Shown here one piece after another: positions 50,340-60,305 of a DNA stretch of 64,000 nucleotides. The translations under genes were made by a program, and so were the position numbers. This stretch comes from Patescibacteria group bacterium (GTDB taxonomy: Bacteria > Patescibacteriota > Gracilibacteria > UBA4473), in the NCBI GenBank assembly GCA_965660445.1, contig CBFIAK010000001.1, positions 512,001-576,000 on the forward strand, written 5' to 3'. Position 1 is the stretch's first letter; the number at the start of each line of letters is the position of its first letter. The notes under the pieces are model-generated. The model worked only from the letters and a program-made list of their open reading frames with translations. It did no database searches and was not told where the DNA came from.

Positions 50340-51707
50340 TTATTGAAAATAAAGACCATATTGGTCACTGATATTGATAGGAGTTTGTAAGATATAGGTC
50401 ACAACTTTCCTGTCTTTTGGGTTTAATCCCGGAATGACAAGTCCGTCGATTATACCAATATGAGAGTCTCCCACAATACTACGTTGCATTGCCCATTTAA
50501 TAAATGATGCCCGTAGATTCGGTAAATTATCGTTTTGGACAGGGTTGGAATAACGGGGTTGACCTTTAACAGTCAACTGTGATTGAAAATTTTCACGATA
50601 AAAACAAAAAGGACGCATATCGTATATATTTCGTTCCATCTGGTCCATCTCACTTATTCCTTTGCAGTTTGTTCCTCCATCCGCAGAGCCCTGTATGAGG
50701 AGTGCAAAATGGTTTTTAGTGTCTTCAAGTTTTTCCAGGTCTTTGTATATTTCACTTATAAGGGGAGTCCATGTCTGTTTATAAAAATCAGAATGAAGAT
50801 CCACTAAATCATCAAGTGTCCATTTACAAAGTGGGAAGAAAAACTGTCCTTTTTGGAATATGTTGTTGAGTTTTCCCTTGTGCTGAGATTTGTATTTACT
50901 GATGTCCCAATCAGTCGGATAGAGCCAAGCATCAACGGCTTTCCCATCAATTATGATTTCTATTTTGACAGGGGATCCAGGAACAAAAGTTCCGTTGGCT
51001 ATCAATGGAAACTGTATGATTGGTTTAAACTGAATTTCAGTTGGAGGTTCGAATTCTTGTGTTTTTGGAACCTCTATTTTTACACAATCACAATTATTTT
51101 CACTGAATTTATATCCAGGAGGACATTGTGTTTCAGTTTTGCCACAACAAGATTCATAGGTTATCTCAATAGGATTCGAGAAAACATATTCATCGATTTT
51201 ATTGTGTTTAATCATAATACTGCCGTATACCGTGGATTGCGATGAGAGTATTTCATCAGGAACGGTGAATGGAACGGAAAAAAGCCATGGTTCATCGTCT
51301 TGAGTACTTCTCACCTGATGTGCAAAGTTTTTCTCAGTTTTTTGATAATTGAGAGAAACCGATTGAAAAGTAGTTTGTTCGACTTTTACTTTATCCGTAT
51401 GAAATACGAATGAAATATCTGCATCTTCTGCAAAATTATCAATAATGTATTGTTTTACTTCTGCTATACTCTCGAATTCTCGAGAAAAGAGAAGCCATTT
51501 CGATTTTCGAAATGATTTATTTTCATGGAGTTGATATGGAAAAGAGAATTCTATATCAATCGTGCGTTTATGTTTACTGTAACACATTTCTGTGTTTGAA
51601 AACCTGACGCCACGACGCAGTGCTTCAGATATCTCAAATTGAGAACATGAAACTATGAAAAGTATTATGAGTGTTACACTCATATACGAAAATATGCGAG
51701 TCTTCAT
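50340..51707 (-). CDS. Hypothetical lipoprotein with a Cys-rich linker and a divergent OmpA-like C-terminal domain
   Basis: IVSC lipobox; CCGKTETQCPPGYKFSENNCDC; LIQGSAD..NDNLPNLRA..DRKV; AAGGAG SD. Confidence 0.6.
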   Translation of the reverse strand: MKTRIFSYMSVTLIILFIVSCSQFEISEALRRGVRFSNTEMCYSKHKRTIDIEFSFPYQLHENKSFRKSKWLLFSREFESIAEVKQYIIDNFAEDADISFVFHTDKVKVEQTTFQSVSLNYQKTEKNFAHQVRSTQDDEPWLFSVPFTVPDEILSSQSTVYGSIMIKHNKIDEYVFSNPIEITYESCCGKTETQCPPGYKFSENNCDCVKIEVPKTQEFEPPTEIQFKPIIQFPLIANGTFVPGSPVKIEIIIDGKAVDAWLYPTDWDISKYKSQHKGKLNNIFQKGQFFFPLCKWTLDDLVDLHSDFYKQTWTPLISEIYKDLEKLEDTKNHFALLIQGSADGGTNCKGISEMDQMERNIYDMRPFCFYRENFQSQLTVKGQPRYSNPVQNDNLPNLRASFIKWAMQRSIVGDSHIGIIDGLVIPGLNPKDRKVVTYILQTPINISDQYGLYFQ

Positions 51708-51840
51708 ACTCGTCTCCTTTGTTAAATGAATAATAATTTTTCTGTCAAAGAACGATTTTCTAAAGAAAATGAATTTCTATAAAAAACATAAGTATGAATA
51801 AATACTATTTTGTCATTTGTCAATACTTATTTTGTATTCT

Positions 51841-52611
51841 TTACTGTGTTTGGAGTGATATGCCCACAAGTCTCCATAACTCATCTTCATAGATATATTG
51901 AAGGCTGAATATAGCTTTTTGTGTTTTAGTGTCTATTGATCCTTCAAGGATAAGTATATGTAATCCTTCATTGCTTTGTGCTATTTTTGGTGGGTTTATG
52001 AGTGTGATAGGAGCTGTTTTGATATATTCGAAATTCTTTTTGCTGTCTTCCAAGAGAATATAGTTTTCAAAAGCGTTATGAAATTCTTGAAGGGTAAGTT
52101 TGTTTTTCCAGTGTTGAGCGAGTGAGTTGTAACTTGGTGAAAAATCTTTTTGGAGTACATCGTTGAAAAATCGGTTGAGTGTCGTGCGAATAAGGTCTTC
52201 ATATTCAGTCTGTTCTGGTAATTGAATATCATTTGAAAAAAACGGATCAGAAAAGGTGATGGCAATGATTTTCCATTGGTCAGCCGTTTTAATGAACTGC
52301 AATGCCGTATTTATCGCCGTTTCGTTTTGAAAATGAAGCGTGGCGGTTATGTTCCCCGTTTCGTTTTCAAAATGAGCTTCATTCCATTCAATCCTTCGAA
52401 TATTTTGAAGTTTATGTTGTGTGATGGTGTATTGAAATCCTTCAAATGTAGTGGATTTGCGAAACTCTGGTGAAGTCATATTGAATGCTTTTTTGAGTTC
52501 TCCTTGATGAATAAAAGTAAAAAACGATTCGCCAAGCGTAAAAGCATTACTACATCCAGTGAGTGTAAATATGCACAAAAATGCAAAGACAATGGTTTTT
52601 AATAATTTCAT
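51841..52611 (-). CDS. Lipoprotein with two NTF2-like (DUF4864-like) domains
   Basis: LTGC lipobox; AFNMTSPEFRK..WKIIAI and SYNSLAQHWK..WRLVGI repeats. Confidence 0.7.
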   Translation of the reverse strand: MKLLKTIVFAFLCIFTLTGCSNAFTLGESFFTFIHQGELKKAFNMTSPEFRKSTTFEGFQYTITQHKLQNIRRIEWNEAHFENETGNITATLHFQNETAINTALQFIKTADQWKIIAITFSDPFFSNDIQLPEQTEYEDLIRTTLNRFFNDVLQKDFSPSYNSLAQHWKNKLTLQEFHNAFENYILLEDSKKNFEYIKTAPITLINPPKIAQSNEGLHILILEGSIDTKTQKAIFSLQYIYEDELWRLVGISLQTQ

Positions 52612-52629
52612 AAATATAGCAGAAAATAT

Positions 52630-53694
52630 TTAATAAGTGTCGAGTAGATTTTTTTGTTCTTCAAGCGCTAAGCTTTCCACAATTTTATCAATATTCCCAT
52701 CCATAATACTGGGAAGGTTTGAGAAGTTTTGCCCAATACGATGATCAGTGACACGGTCTTGTGGGAAATTATAGGTTCTAATTTTGTCAGATCGGTCACC
52801 ACTCCCAATAGAAGCGAGTCTTTTTTCTCCGAGTTCTGTTTGTTTTTTTTCTTCTTCGATAGCAAAGAGTCGAGCTCGTAAGACATTAAAAGCTTTGTGT
52901 TTGTTTTTCAGTTGAGATTTTTCATCCTGACAGGTTACAATAATGCCACTTGGAATATGGGTGAGTCGAACGGCAGAATCAGTTGTGTTGACTGATTGTC
53001 CTCCACTTCCAGATGACCGAAATACATCAATACGGACATCGTTGTGATTTATTTCAAATTGTTTTTCTTCTATTTCTGGCATCACAACGACGGAAACAGC
53101 GGAAGTATGAACTCTTCCTTGAGATTCAGTGGATGGAATACGTTGCACTCGATGTACACCACTTTCAAACTTGAATTGTGCATAGGCGCCAAATCCGTTT
53201 ATTTTGCAAATAGATTCTTTTAGTCCTCCATTTTCGTTTGGAGACTGAGATAAAAGTTCGGATGAAAAATCATTCTTTTCTGCAAACCGAAGAAGCATTC
53301 TCATAATTTCTTCTGCAAATAAACTCGCTTCATCCCCCCCAACTCCTGCACGAACTTCTATAATACAATTATTATCATCATGTGGGTCTTTTGGGATAAG
53401 CGCTCGCTTTAAATCTTCTTCGATGTATGGAATTTCTTTTTTTACTTCTTCGAGTTCTTCTTTTGCCATAGCAACAAATTCGGGATCAGTTTCGGTTTGA
53501 ATGAGTTTTTCGTTTTCGGCTTTTGTATGAATAAGTTGAATATATTTCTTCGCAATTTCATACGTATTTTCAAGTCCTTTTTTTTGCTGTCCAAGACGTT
53601 TAAAAGCTTCTCTGTCATTGTAAATATCAGGATTTGATTCCTGTGTTTTTAATGTTTCAAAATCTTTAATAACTGATAGTGCTTTTTCTTCCAT
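52630..53694 (-). CDS. prfA: Peptide chain release factor 1
   Basis: [27 protein letters not shown] (PxT motif), [26 protein letters not shown]. Confidence 0.97.
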   Translation of the reverse strand: MEEKALSVIKDFETLKTQESNPDIYNDREAFKRLGQQKKGLENTYEIAKKYIQLIHTKAENEKLIQTETDPEFVAMAKEELEEVKKEIPYIEEDLKRALIPKDPHDDNNCIIEVRAGVGGDEASLFAEEIMRMLLRFAEKNDFSSELLSQSPNENGGLKESICKINGFGAYAQFKFESGVHRVQRIPSTESQGRVHTSAVSVVVMPEIEEKQFEINHNDVRIDVFRSSGSGGQSVNTTDSAVRLTHIPSGIIVTCQDEKSQLKNKHKAFNVLRARLFAIEEEKKQTELGEKRLASIGSGDRSDKIRTYNFPQDRVTDHRIGQNFSNLPSIMDGNIDKIVESLALEEQKNLLDTY

Positions 53695-53810
53695 ATTTTT
53701 TCTGCACTATACAAGAAAAAAACGAAAAGTCTATTTTTTTGCTGTTTGATTGCAGCGCTTTTTGCTGACTTTTTTTTGTTATTCTTACGAAAACATGGTA
53801 TAATAAAACG

Positions 53811-55025
53811 ATGGATTTTTCTTTTCGATTTATTTACCAGCATAATGAATTACTGCGTCAAGTAGATAAGGGGGCACAATCTCCTGAGTTTGCACCGTAT
53901 GTGTTTCAAAGTCCTGAAGAAAAAGAAAGGGAACAAGAAAAACAAAAATTCTCTTTACCTGAAGGCGAAACTCCTGAAACTCTTCACTATAAACTTTCTG
54001 GTGGATATGAGGTACAAGAAGGGGATACCCTTACGGGTATTGTGAAAAATGTGTTTGGGAAAAAACTTGATTATGCGTTTCCTGTTGAGTATCGCAGTGA
54101 AAAGATACAAGAACCAAAACCAAAAACGGTTCTTGAAACGAATAAAATTTATCCAAAACAGTATATTATTTGGACGATGAGTGGGATTATTATTGCAGAT
54201 GAACCTATAAGTCCGACTGAGTTTTCGATGCCGCCTTTAATGATGTCGGCATTTCCAATGACAGAAGAAGAAACAAAAGAGGAAACAAAAGAATCAAAAG
54301 AAAAAGATGTATCAGATGTTTGGGGTGAGTATGTACCAATGCATGTAAGTGATGAATTGGGGCAAATGGCGGCGATTGAATCAGTTTTTGAAACTCATCA
54401 CACAGAACCACCAAAAGAAGTGCTTCATTTTATATCAAATAATGATTTATCGATACAGCCACAACAAGTATATGTTGAAAAAGGTGGTATCGCCGCCTTT
54501 CCATTGCGAAAAAATGCCGTAGGTGGAGGGGAAATTGTATTTACTGTTTTTATCGATGGAAACGGAAATGTGGGGCTTTATGATCAAAACTCAAAAGGAG
54601 TTCGAAAAACAGAAACACTTCAAGAGGCGTATGATTTAGCCGTCTATAATGAAATACTTGATTATGAATTAACCGTTATAAATCGTGGAAATAATAGAGG
54701 CGTTGAGGATGTTGATCGATATCTAACAGATGATGATTTAAGCGTTATTGTTGAAGAATTAGATATCGTGGGACATAGTGATATGCATCCGGTAACAGCT
54801 CATTCTCAACGAATCATGAGAGAATTTGTGAAAAATTGGATACACAAAGCAAACCGAGAAGTATATATTCAGGGTGGGAATATCCCAGTTTCGAAAGTTA
54901 TGAAACAAGTGCTCTCCAAAAATGGAGATGAAAAAAACACAATACAAAGAGAAAAAGTGCGTGAAATGACACAATTCGTTTTCTTAACACCAGAAAAGAA
55001 AATAAAAGAGAAGGAAACTCTTTGA
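53811..55025 (+). CDS. Hypothetical protein with a LysM-like domain
   Basis: YEVQEGDTLTGIV..NKIYPKQYI; TGGTATAAT 6 nt before ATG. Confidence 0.65.
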   Translation: MDFSFRFIYQHNELLRQVDKGAQSPEFAPYVFQSPEEKEREQEKQKFSLPEGETPETLHYKLSGGYEVQEGDTLTGIVKNVFGKKLDYAFPVEYRSEKIQEPKPKTVLETNKIYPKQYIIWTMSGIIIADEPISPTEFSMPPLMMSAFPMTEEETKEETKESKEKDVSDVWGEYVPMHVSDELGQMAAIESVFETHHTEPPKEVLHFISNNDLSIQPQQVYVEKGGIAAFPLRKNAVGGGEIVFTVFIDGNGNVGLYDQNSKGVRKTETLQEAYDLAVYNEILDYELTVINRGNNRGVEDVDRYLTDDDLSVIVEELDIVGHSDMHPVTAHSQRIMREFVKNWIHKANREVYIQGGNIPVSKVMKQVLSKNGDEKNTIQREKVREMTQFVFLTPEKKIKEKETL

Positions 55026-55072
55026 AAAAAATTTGCACAAAGCGTTTAAAAATAGATACAATGTGTATACGT

Positions 55073-56584
55073 ATGAAAAAACAAATCAATGCATTCATTT
55101 CCTCTGTGAAAAAACGAGCTTATGGTTTGTTTTCGGTGCAAAAAAGTCTGCGTGGATTTTTATTGATGATAATAGTGTTTATGGGAAGTGTTGGTGTTGT
55201 TTTTGCACAACAAACAAACCCAACACTTGATATAAGTATAGTAGGACGTCCCATGAAAGCTATGTATGCCAAGTCAAACACGACTCCTGCGGAAGTATTT
55301 CGTATTTCGCTTTTTTCACAAGGACACGCCAATGGATATGTAAACATTGATTCACTGTCTCTCGAACATGTAGGACAAAGAAGTTATTTTACGAACTATA
55401 CGCTCAATATGCATTCTCGTCGGACGAAGAGAGGTGTCGTGAAAGGAAACATGATTGAGTTCCCTGATTTAAATATCACTCTTGCTGATGGAAGAAAAGA
55501 AGACTGGTTATTGGTGGTGAGTATAGATGGTGATTCTCCTGATATATCAGATGACGATTTTCATCAATTTACACTTGTCTCAGCCAATGATGTATCAATT
55601 GCTCGTAATAGTGCTGATGCTGAAACAATAATAAACGGTAATTTTCCTCTTTCTTCAAATGGATTAGAGATTCGTTTGCCTTCAGATGATCCAAGAAATA
55701 ATAAAGATGGAGGAAGTGGAGATTCTTCTCAAGATGATGATTCAAATAATGGAGGCGGGAGCGGTGATAACAGCGGGAGTGGGGGAGGCACAGGTGGCGG
55801 AAATTCAGGTGGAGGAACTTCTGGTGGGGCTGCTGTAGCTGGCGGTGGTGCTGCTGTAATGGGAGGTGATGGAGGCGGGAATGGATCTGGGAGTGGAGGA
55901 CCTAACCCAAGTGCTTCACAGTCGTCCAGTACACTCACTGGTGATTTATTTGGTGCTGATGGTGCAGAACGTGCTGCTCAATCAGCGTATGATAATGTGT
56001 TTAAGCAAGGAGATTTAGATATCAATACACTTGATACTGAATGTATGCTCGATTTGCTCAATGATCGGTTAGGGATCAATATGGGAACGCCTTTTAGTTT
56101 ACTTGGTAAAGGGGCTGACTTAGTTGGATGGGACGGTGGTGCTGACGTGTTGGGTGGGTTTGGACAAAATCTAGCTGATATTGATATAAACGATATGGGA
56201 CTGGATGATATTATGAATGTCTTAAATCCGAGTAATAAACCGGTATTTGATGGTCCGGGGTTGAGGAGAGGTGCTCGTATTATTCGATGTAATATTGATA
56301 GGGGTGTGTCAACGGAAAAAGACCTCAATGTTTTGATTATCGGGTGGGTTAACTTTTTCTTAATTTTAGTGGGGGTTATTGCTGTTATTGTTATTATTTA
56401 TGCAGGGTTTCTCTATATTACAACAGGAGCTGAAGATGGAGCCGAAAAAGCGAAAAAAATAGTACTTTATGCGGTGCTGGGAATCTTGCTTATTTTAGCA
56501 TCGTATGCGATTGTAAATACAATTATTCATGAACCACGCGTGGGTGGTGGTGATGAAATTTCTTTTGAAGACCATTTGACATGA
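55073..56584 (+). CDS. Secreted protein: beta-sandwich, Gly-rich linker, C-terminal VirB2/TrbC-like (T4SS_pilin) domain
   Basis: Signal peptide (VFA|Q); G/S/D/N linker at ~55710-55900; VNFFLILVGVIAVIVIIYAGFLYITTG..EKAKKIVLYAVLGILLILASYAIVN. Confidence 0.75.
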   Translation: MKKQINAFISSVKKRAYGLFSVQKSLRGFLLMIIVFMGSVGVVFAQQTNPTLDISIVGRPMKAMYAKSNTTPAEVFRISLFSQGHANGYVNIDSLSLEHVGQRSYFTNYTLNMHSRRTKRGVVKGNMIEFPDLNITLADGRKEDWLLVVSIDGDSPDISDDDFHQFTLVSANDVSIARNSADAETIINGNFPLSSNGLEIRLPSDDPRNNKDGGSGDSSQDDDSNNGGGSGDNSGSGGGTGGGNSGGGTSGGAAVAGGGAAVMGGDGGGNGSGSGGPNPSASQSSSTLTGDLFGADGAERAAQSAYDNVFKQGDLDINTLDTECMLDLLNDRLGINMGTPFSLLGKGADLVGWDGGADVLGGFGQNLADIDINDMGLDDIMNVLNPSNKPVFDGPGLRRGARIIRCNIDRGVSTEKDLNVLIIGWVNFFLILVGVIAVIVIIYAGFLYITTGAEDGAEKAKKIVLYAVLGILLILASYAIVNTIIHEPRVGGGDEISFEDHLT

Positions 56585-59500
56585 AAAAACTAACTTTGCG
56601 ATTGATGTGTTTTTTATTCCTCTTTGTAGGAGGGATAGGTGCGGGGAGTGTTTCGGCTCAGGCTGATGCACTCACTAAAATTATGAACAATACCGTTGGA
56701 GGAGTTGCTGAACAAGCGTTTAAGAATATACGAGATGATTTGTTTGGGGAAGGACCTGTGCCACAGGGGCGATTTTCGGTGGCGGAATATAAGGGTTCGT
56801 TTGATTCTTCAATTGCGACCAATACTTCTATTCGTCAGTATCTTTTGAGGGTGACAAACTTTTTTCTTGCTTTTGTTGGTCTTTTAGCCACGATAATGCT
56901 TATTTATGGAGGTTTTTTGTATATTACAACAGGAGCAGACGATGGAGCCGAGAAAGGTAAAAAGATAGTTCTTTATGCAGCGATTGGAATCTTACTTATT
57001 CTACTTTCTTTTGCGTTAGTTAATACTCTTATTACGCAAGCTCCTCGAGGTGGGCAAGACCCACTTGGTGGATCTGTGTCGCAAGATGATGCTGATATGT
57101 CAGAGATTATTGATGAAAATACAGGGAAACCAATTGTGTCTGTTGATTCGAATATGATAACGGCTACTGCCGACGGACTTATTGAAGTTGGTGATTCTGG
57201 TTATGCAATTTCATTGGAAGATGCAAAAAATGGTATTGAGTGGAATTTTGCAGGGGGACCTTATAGCGATATTTTGTGGGATTTTGGTGATATTGCTCGT
57301 TCAAGAGGTCAAAATCCTGTAACGCATGTGTATGGTACTGAAAACTTATACACCGTAAATGTGGTGGCTATTACGGAAGACGCTATTTTAAAAGGTGCTA
57401 AAAAAGTAGTTGTGGGAGGGGTTCGTGCTCGGGCAACGCTTTCAAAACTGAGTCCTTTGGTGGGAGACCGTATTACGCTTAATGGAACGGCTTCTCAATC
57501 GGTAGTGGGAGAAATTAGTGAATATATGTGGACATGTGAGGTTGTTTCGGGAGATGGAGCGTGTTTTGAGGATAGGGAAGGCGATCGTATTGATGTTCAG
57601 TTTGATGCGGCTGGATCCTATAAGATTTCACTAACAGTTACCTCTACTATCGGGTTAACACACACCGCAGGGTCTACTATTGAAGTGTTAGGGGTTGTGC
57701 CATTTGCAAGTTTCTCGTATAGTTCTACGAATAATAATCAGAAACCTGGAGAGTATCGGTTTGATGCACGAGCAAGTCGAAACCGAAAGGGACTTGCTAA
57801 TGGGCTTACTTATACATGGAATTTTGATGGAGAAGAACATTCAGGGACAAATCCTATTTTCGTACATGAGTTTTCTTCGGATGGGGATAAACTGGTGACT
57901 TTAACGGTGAGCGAAAGGGTGAATGGTGTTGAATTTGTGTCAGAGACAGCGGAAACAACCGTCCGAGGAGTGAAAGTATTTGGTGTTGATTTCTCGATTC
58001 CTCAGGGAGTGCTCCGTACATTTGAAGCTTATCAGTTTGAGGCAGAATCGGCGAATGCGACATCTTTTGAATGGACTATTCCATCGGGAGCAAAAGTGCA
58101 AAGTGGAAATGTTGATTCTCGGCAAGTATCATTAGTGTTTTCAGAAGCCGGTCATTATGACATAACGCTGCGTGCACGAGGAGCGGGAACATTATCAGAT
58201 CCAGTGACAAAAACAGTCCATGTGATTCAGAAATCAGTACATGATATGACAGAAGATGAGTTGCGAGCTATGCTTGAAAATCTAGGGTTTTCTGACCAAG
58301 AGATAGAATCTATTCTTGAAAAAATACGAGCTGCACAAACAGAAGAAGAGGTTGAAGATGTTTTAGAAGATGCGGGGGTTGACCCTCGTCTGATTCGTGG
58401 AAGTGTTTTGGCGATTATGGAAGTAGTACATGATGGACAAGTTGTGCTTTCGGGTATTGAGCTTGAGAGAGGTACCGATGGGTATCCGCAAGGACTTGAG
58501 TTTCTTTCTCGTTCTTATGATCGAAAAGGGCAAACAGGCGCTGACGCTGAAATTGATGAAACATGGGTTGTTGATGGGGCTATTGTAACAGGAGGAGCGA
58601 GCGCGATTCCGGCTTTATTGACAGAAGTAAAAACGTACCGAATTGAGCTTCGTGTAAGTGATAGTGTAAACCAAAATATTCGAGATACGATGGTGTTTGT
58701 GATTCGAATTAAAAACAAAGAACCAGGAATCATTGGGGCTCGATTACGACTTGATCCTCTAAAAAAAAAAGTTGAATGGCGGGATGCTTTAACCGCGAGT
58801 GTTATTAATTTGCAAGTTGATGACCTACATATTGCTCATGAACCATTAGTTACTCTTGAGACGGTAAAAAATTTTCTGGTAGAACTCGAAGGTGTTGACG
58901 ATTTGGATGGAGGTTATATACAACAATATACGTTTTATTTAAAAGAGAAAAATCGAACACTTGATACAAAAATTCTGACCAGCCCTCGAGCTTTTTTTAA
59001 TCTAGAATCGTTTATTGGAAAAAAAGATTTACATTTTGAAGTACAAGTTGAAGACAATGATGGAGGGGTGACATTGCTTGAATCAACGACACTTTTTTCT
59101 ATTCCTGAGTTTTCAGATGAAGATTTAGGAGATACCGATCCTTTACACGTTGAAATTCATTTACTGAGTCCATCTAACAGAATTGAGATAGGAGACTCTA
59201 TTCAACTGCAAGCAAAAGCTCAAAAAGGACCACAAGATTCATTTAATGGACGTGATTATGAATGGTCTATTGAGGGAAGTAACGAAGAGTTTCGAAAAAG
59301 TGATCGATTTACCCATCGGTTTGAATCGGGTGGGTCAAAAGATATTACTGTTACGGTGCGTGATGGAGATAAAGTGGCAACCGATACCTACACAGTCGTA
59401 GTTGAGGGAGCGAGTGTATTAGATTCTTTAGGTGATTTAGCAGACGATATGATTGATTATTTAGGAGGACTTGGTTTGGATAGTGATATTATGAATCGTT

Positions 59501-60252
59501 TAATGTCAGGTGATTACACAAGAGAGCAGATGCGTGAAATATTAAGAAATGCGGGTGTAGGGGCTGATGTATTGGAAGATGTGTTATCAACACTTTCGGG
59601 GTTTCATATCCAAAAAAGAACAATAGAGGATGTAAACGCTCAAATGCATGAGATTCCGAGTGCTTTTTATAGACCTCGTGCAGAACCATTAGATAGGGGA
59701 CTGGTGATGACTGATTTTCGGTTAGGGGTGTTAGGATTTGAAAATAATCATCAGTTTTATAAGTTTGATTGGACTGTTTTTGCTCCTGATGGAGAGGTGA
59801 CGAGGTATAAAGACGCTCGAAACTATCAAATTCATCGTCCAACGGTTTCAGGGAATCATCGGTTTATGGTGAGTATTCATAATAAAACAGGGCGAGTGGA
59901 TTCTGAAATTGAGTATTTTAAGGTGCTTGAATGGTCTACGATGGGATTAGAAATGCCAGAAGAATTGGCCTTACAAATGCCGGAAGAAAAACGTCCTATT
60001 CCAAATTACAACCCTGTACGAGAACGAGAAATTCAAAGGATAGTACCCACTCATACACAAGATGTTGTGCGTATTACTCCTCTTGAAAGAGACCCTATTG
60101 AAGAGCAGTTTCGTCCATCAGCTCCTGAGGTTCAAAAGAAGCTTGAAGCTCGACCTATGGTTGATTCAGGTGCTTCATTGTGGGTATCTATTCTTTTGTT
60201 TTTAGGCGTATTTTTTGGTGGAGGCTTTTTCTATTTTTCTCGACGGTTCTAG
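56581..60252 (+). CDS. VirB2/TrbC-like pilin domain plus multiple PKD domains and a C-terminal membrane anchor
   Basis: TNFFLAFVGLLATIMLIYGGFLYITTG..KKIVLYAAIG; WDFGD, YTWNFDG, FEWTIP, YEWSIEG PKD motifs; MVDSGA-TM-RRF tail. Confidence 0.8.
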   Translation: MKKLTLRLMCFLFLFVGGIGAGSVSAQADALTKIMNNTVGGVAEQAFKNIRDDLFGEGPVPQGRFSVAEYKGSFDSSIATNTSIRQYLLRVTNFFLAFVGLLATIMLIYGGFLYITTGADDGAEKGKKIVLYAAIGILLILLSFALVNTLITQAPRGGQDPLGGSVSQDDADMSEIIDENTGKPIVSVDSNMITATADGLIEVGDSGYAISLEDAKNGIEWNFAGGPYSDILWDFGDIARSRGQNPVTHVYGTENLYTVNVVAITEDAILKGAKKVVVGGVRARATLSKLSPLVGDRITLNGTASQSVVGEISEYMWTCEVVSGDGACFEDREGDRIDVQFDAAGSYKISLTVTSTIGLTHTAGSTIEVLGVVPFASFSYSSTNNNQKPGEYRFDARASRNRKGLANGLTYTWNFDGEEHSGTNPIFVHEFSSDGDKLVTLTVSERVNGVEFVSETAETTVRGVKVFGVDFSIPQGVLRTFEAYQFEAESANATSFEWTIPSGAKVQSGNVDSRQVSLVFSEAGHYDITLRARGAGTLSDPVTKTVHVIQKSVHDMTEDELRAMLENLGFSDQEIESILEKIRAAQTEEEVEDVLEDAGVDPRLIRGSVLAIMEVVHDGQVVLSGIELERGTDGYPQGLEFLSRSYDRKGQTGADAEIDETWVVDGAIVTGGASAIPALLTEVKTYRIELRVSDSVNQNIRDTMVFVIRIKNKEPGIIGARLRLDPLKKKVEWRDALTASVINLQVDDLHIAHEPLVTLETVKNFLVELEGVDDLDGGYIQQYTFYLKEKNRTLDTKILTSPRAFFNLESFIGKKDLHFEVQVEDNDGGVTLLESTTLFSIPEFSDEDLGDTDPLHVEIHLLSPSNRIEIGDSIQLQAKAQKGPQDSFNGRDYEWSIEGSNEEFRKSDRFTHRFESGGSKDITVTVRDGDKVATDTYTVVVEGASVLDSLGDLADDMIDYLGGLGLDSDIMNRLMSGDYTREQMREILRNAGVGADVLEDVLSTLSGFHIQKRTIEDVNAQMHEIPSAFYRPRAEPLDRGLVMTDFRLGVLGFENNHQFYKFDWTVFAPDGEVTRYKDARNYQIHRPTVSGNHRFMVSIHNKTGRVDSEIEYFKVLEWSTMGLEMPEELALQMPEEKRPIPNYNPVREREIQRIVPTHTQDVVRITPLERDPIEEQFRPSAPEVQKKLEARPMVDSGASLWVSILLFLGVFFGGGFFYFSRRF

Positions 60253-60305
60253 TTGAAAAATAAAACAAGAACTGTCATAGTAAATATACACACACATATA
60301 TACAC

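Noticed and set aside
58761-58770. A10 tract in the PKD gene (and another near 15854 in the batD-like gene) as phase-variation switches
   Set aside because: Both are in frame, encode Lys runs, and such tracts are expected in this AT-rich genome.
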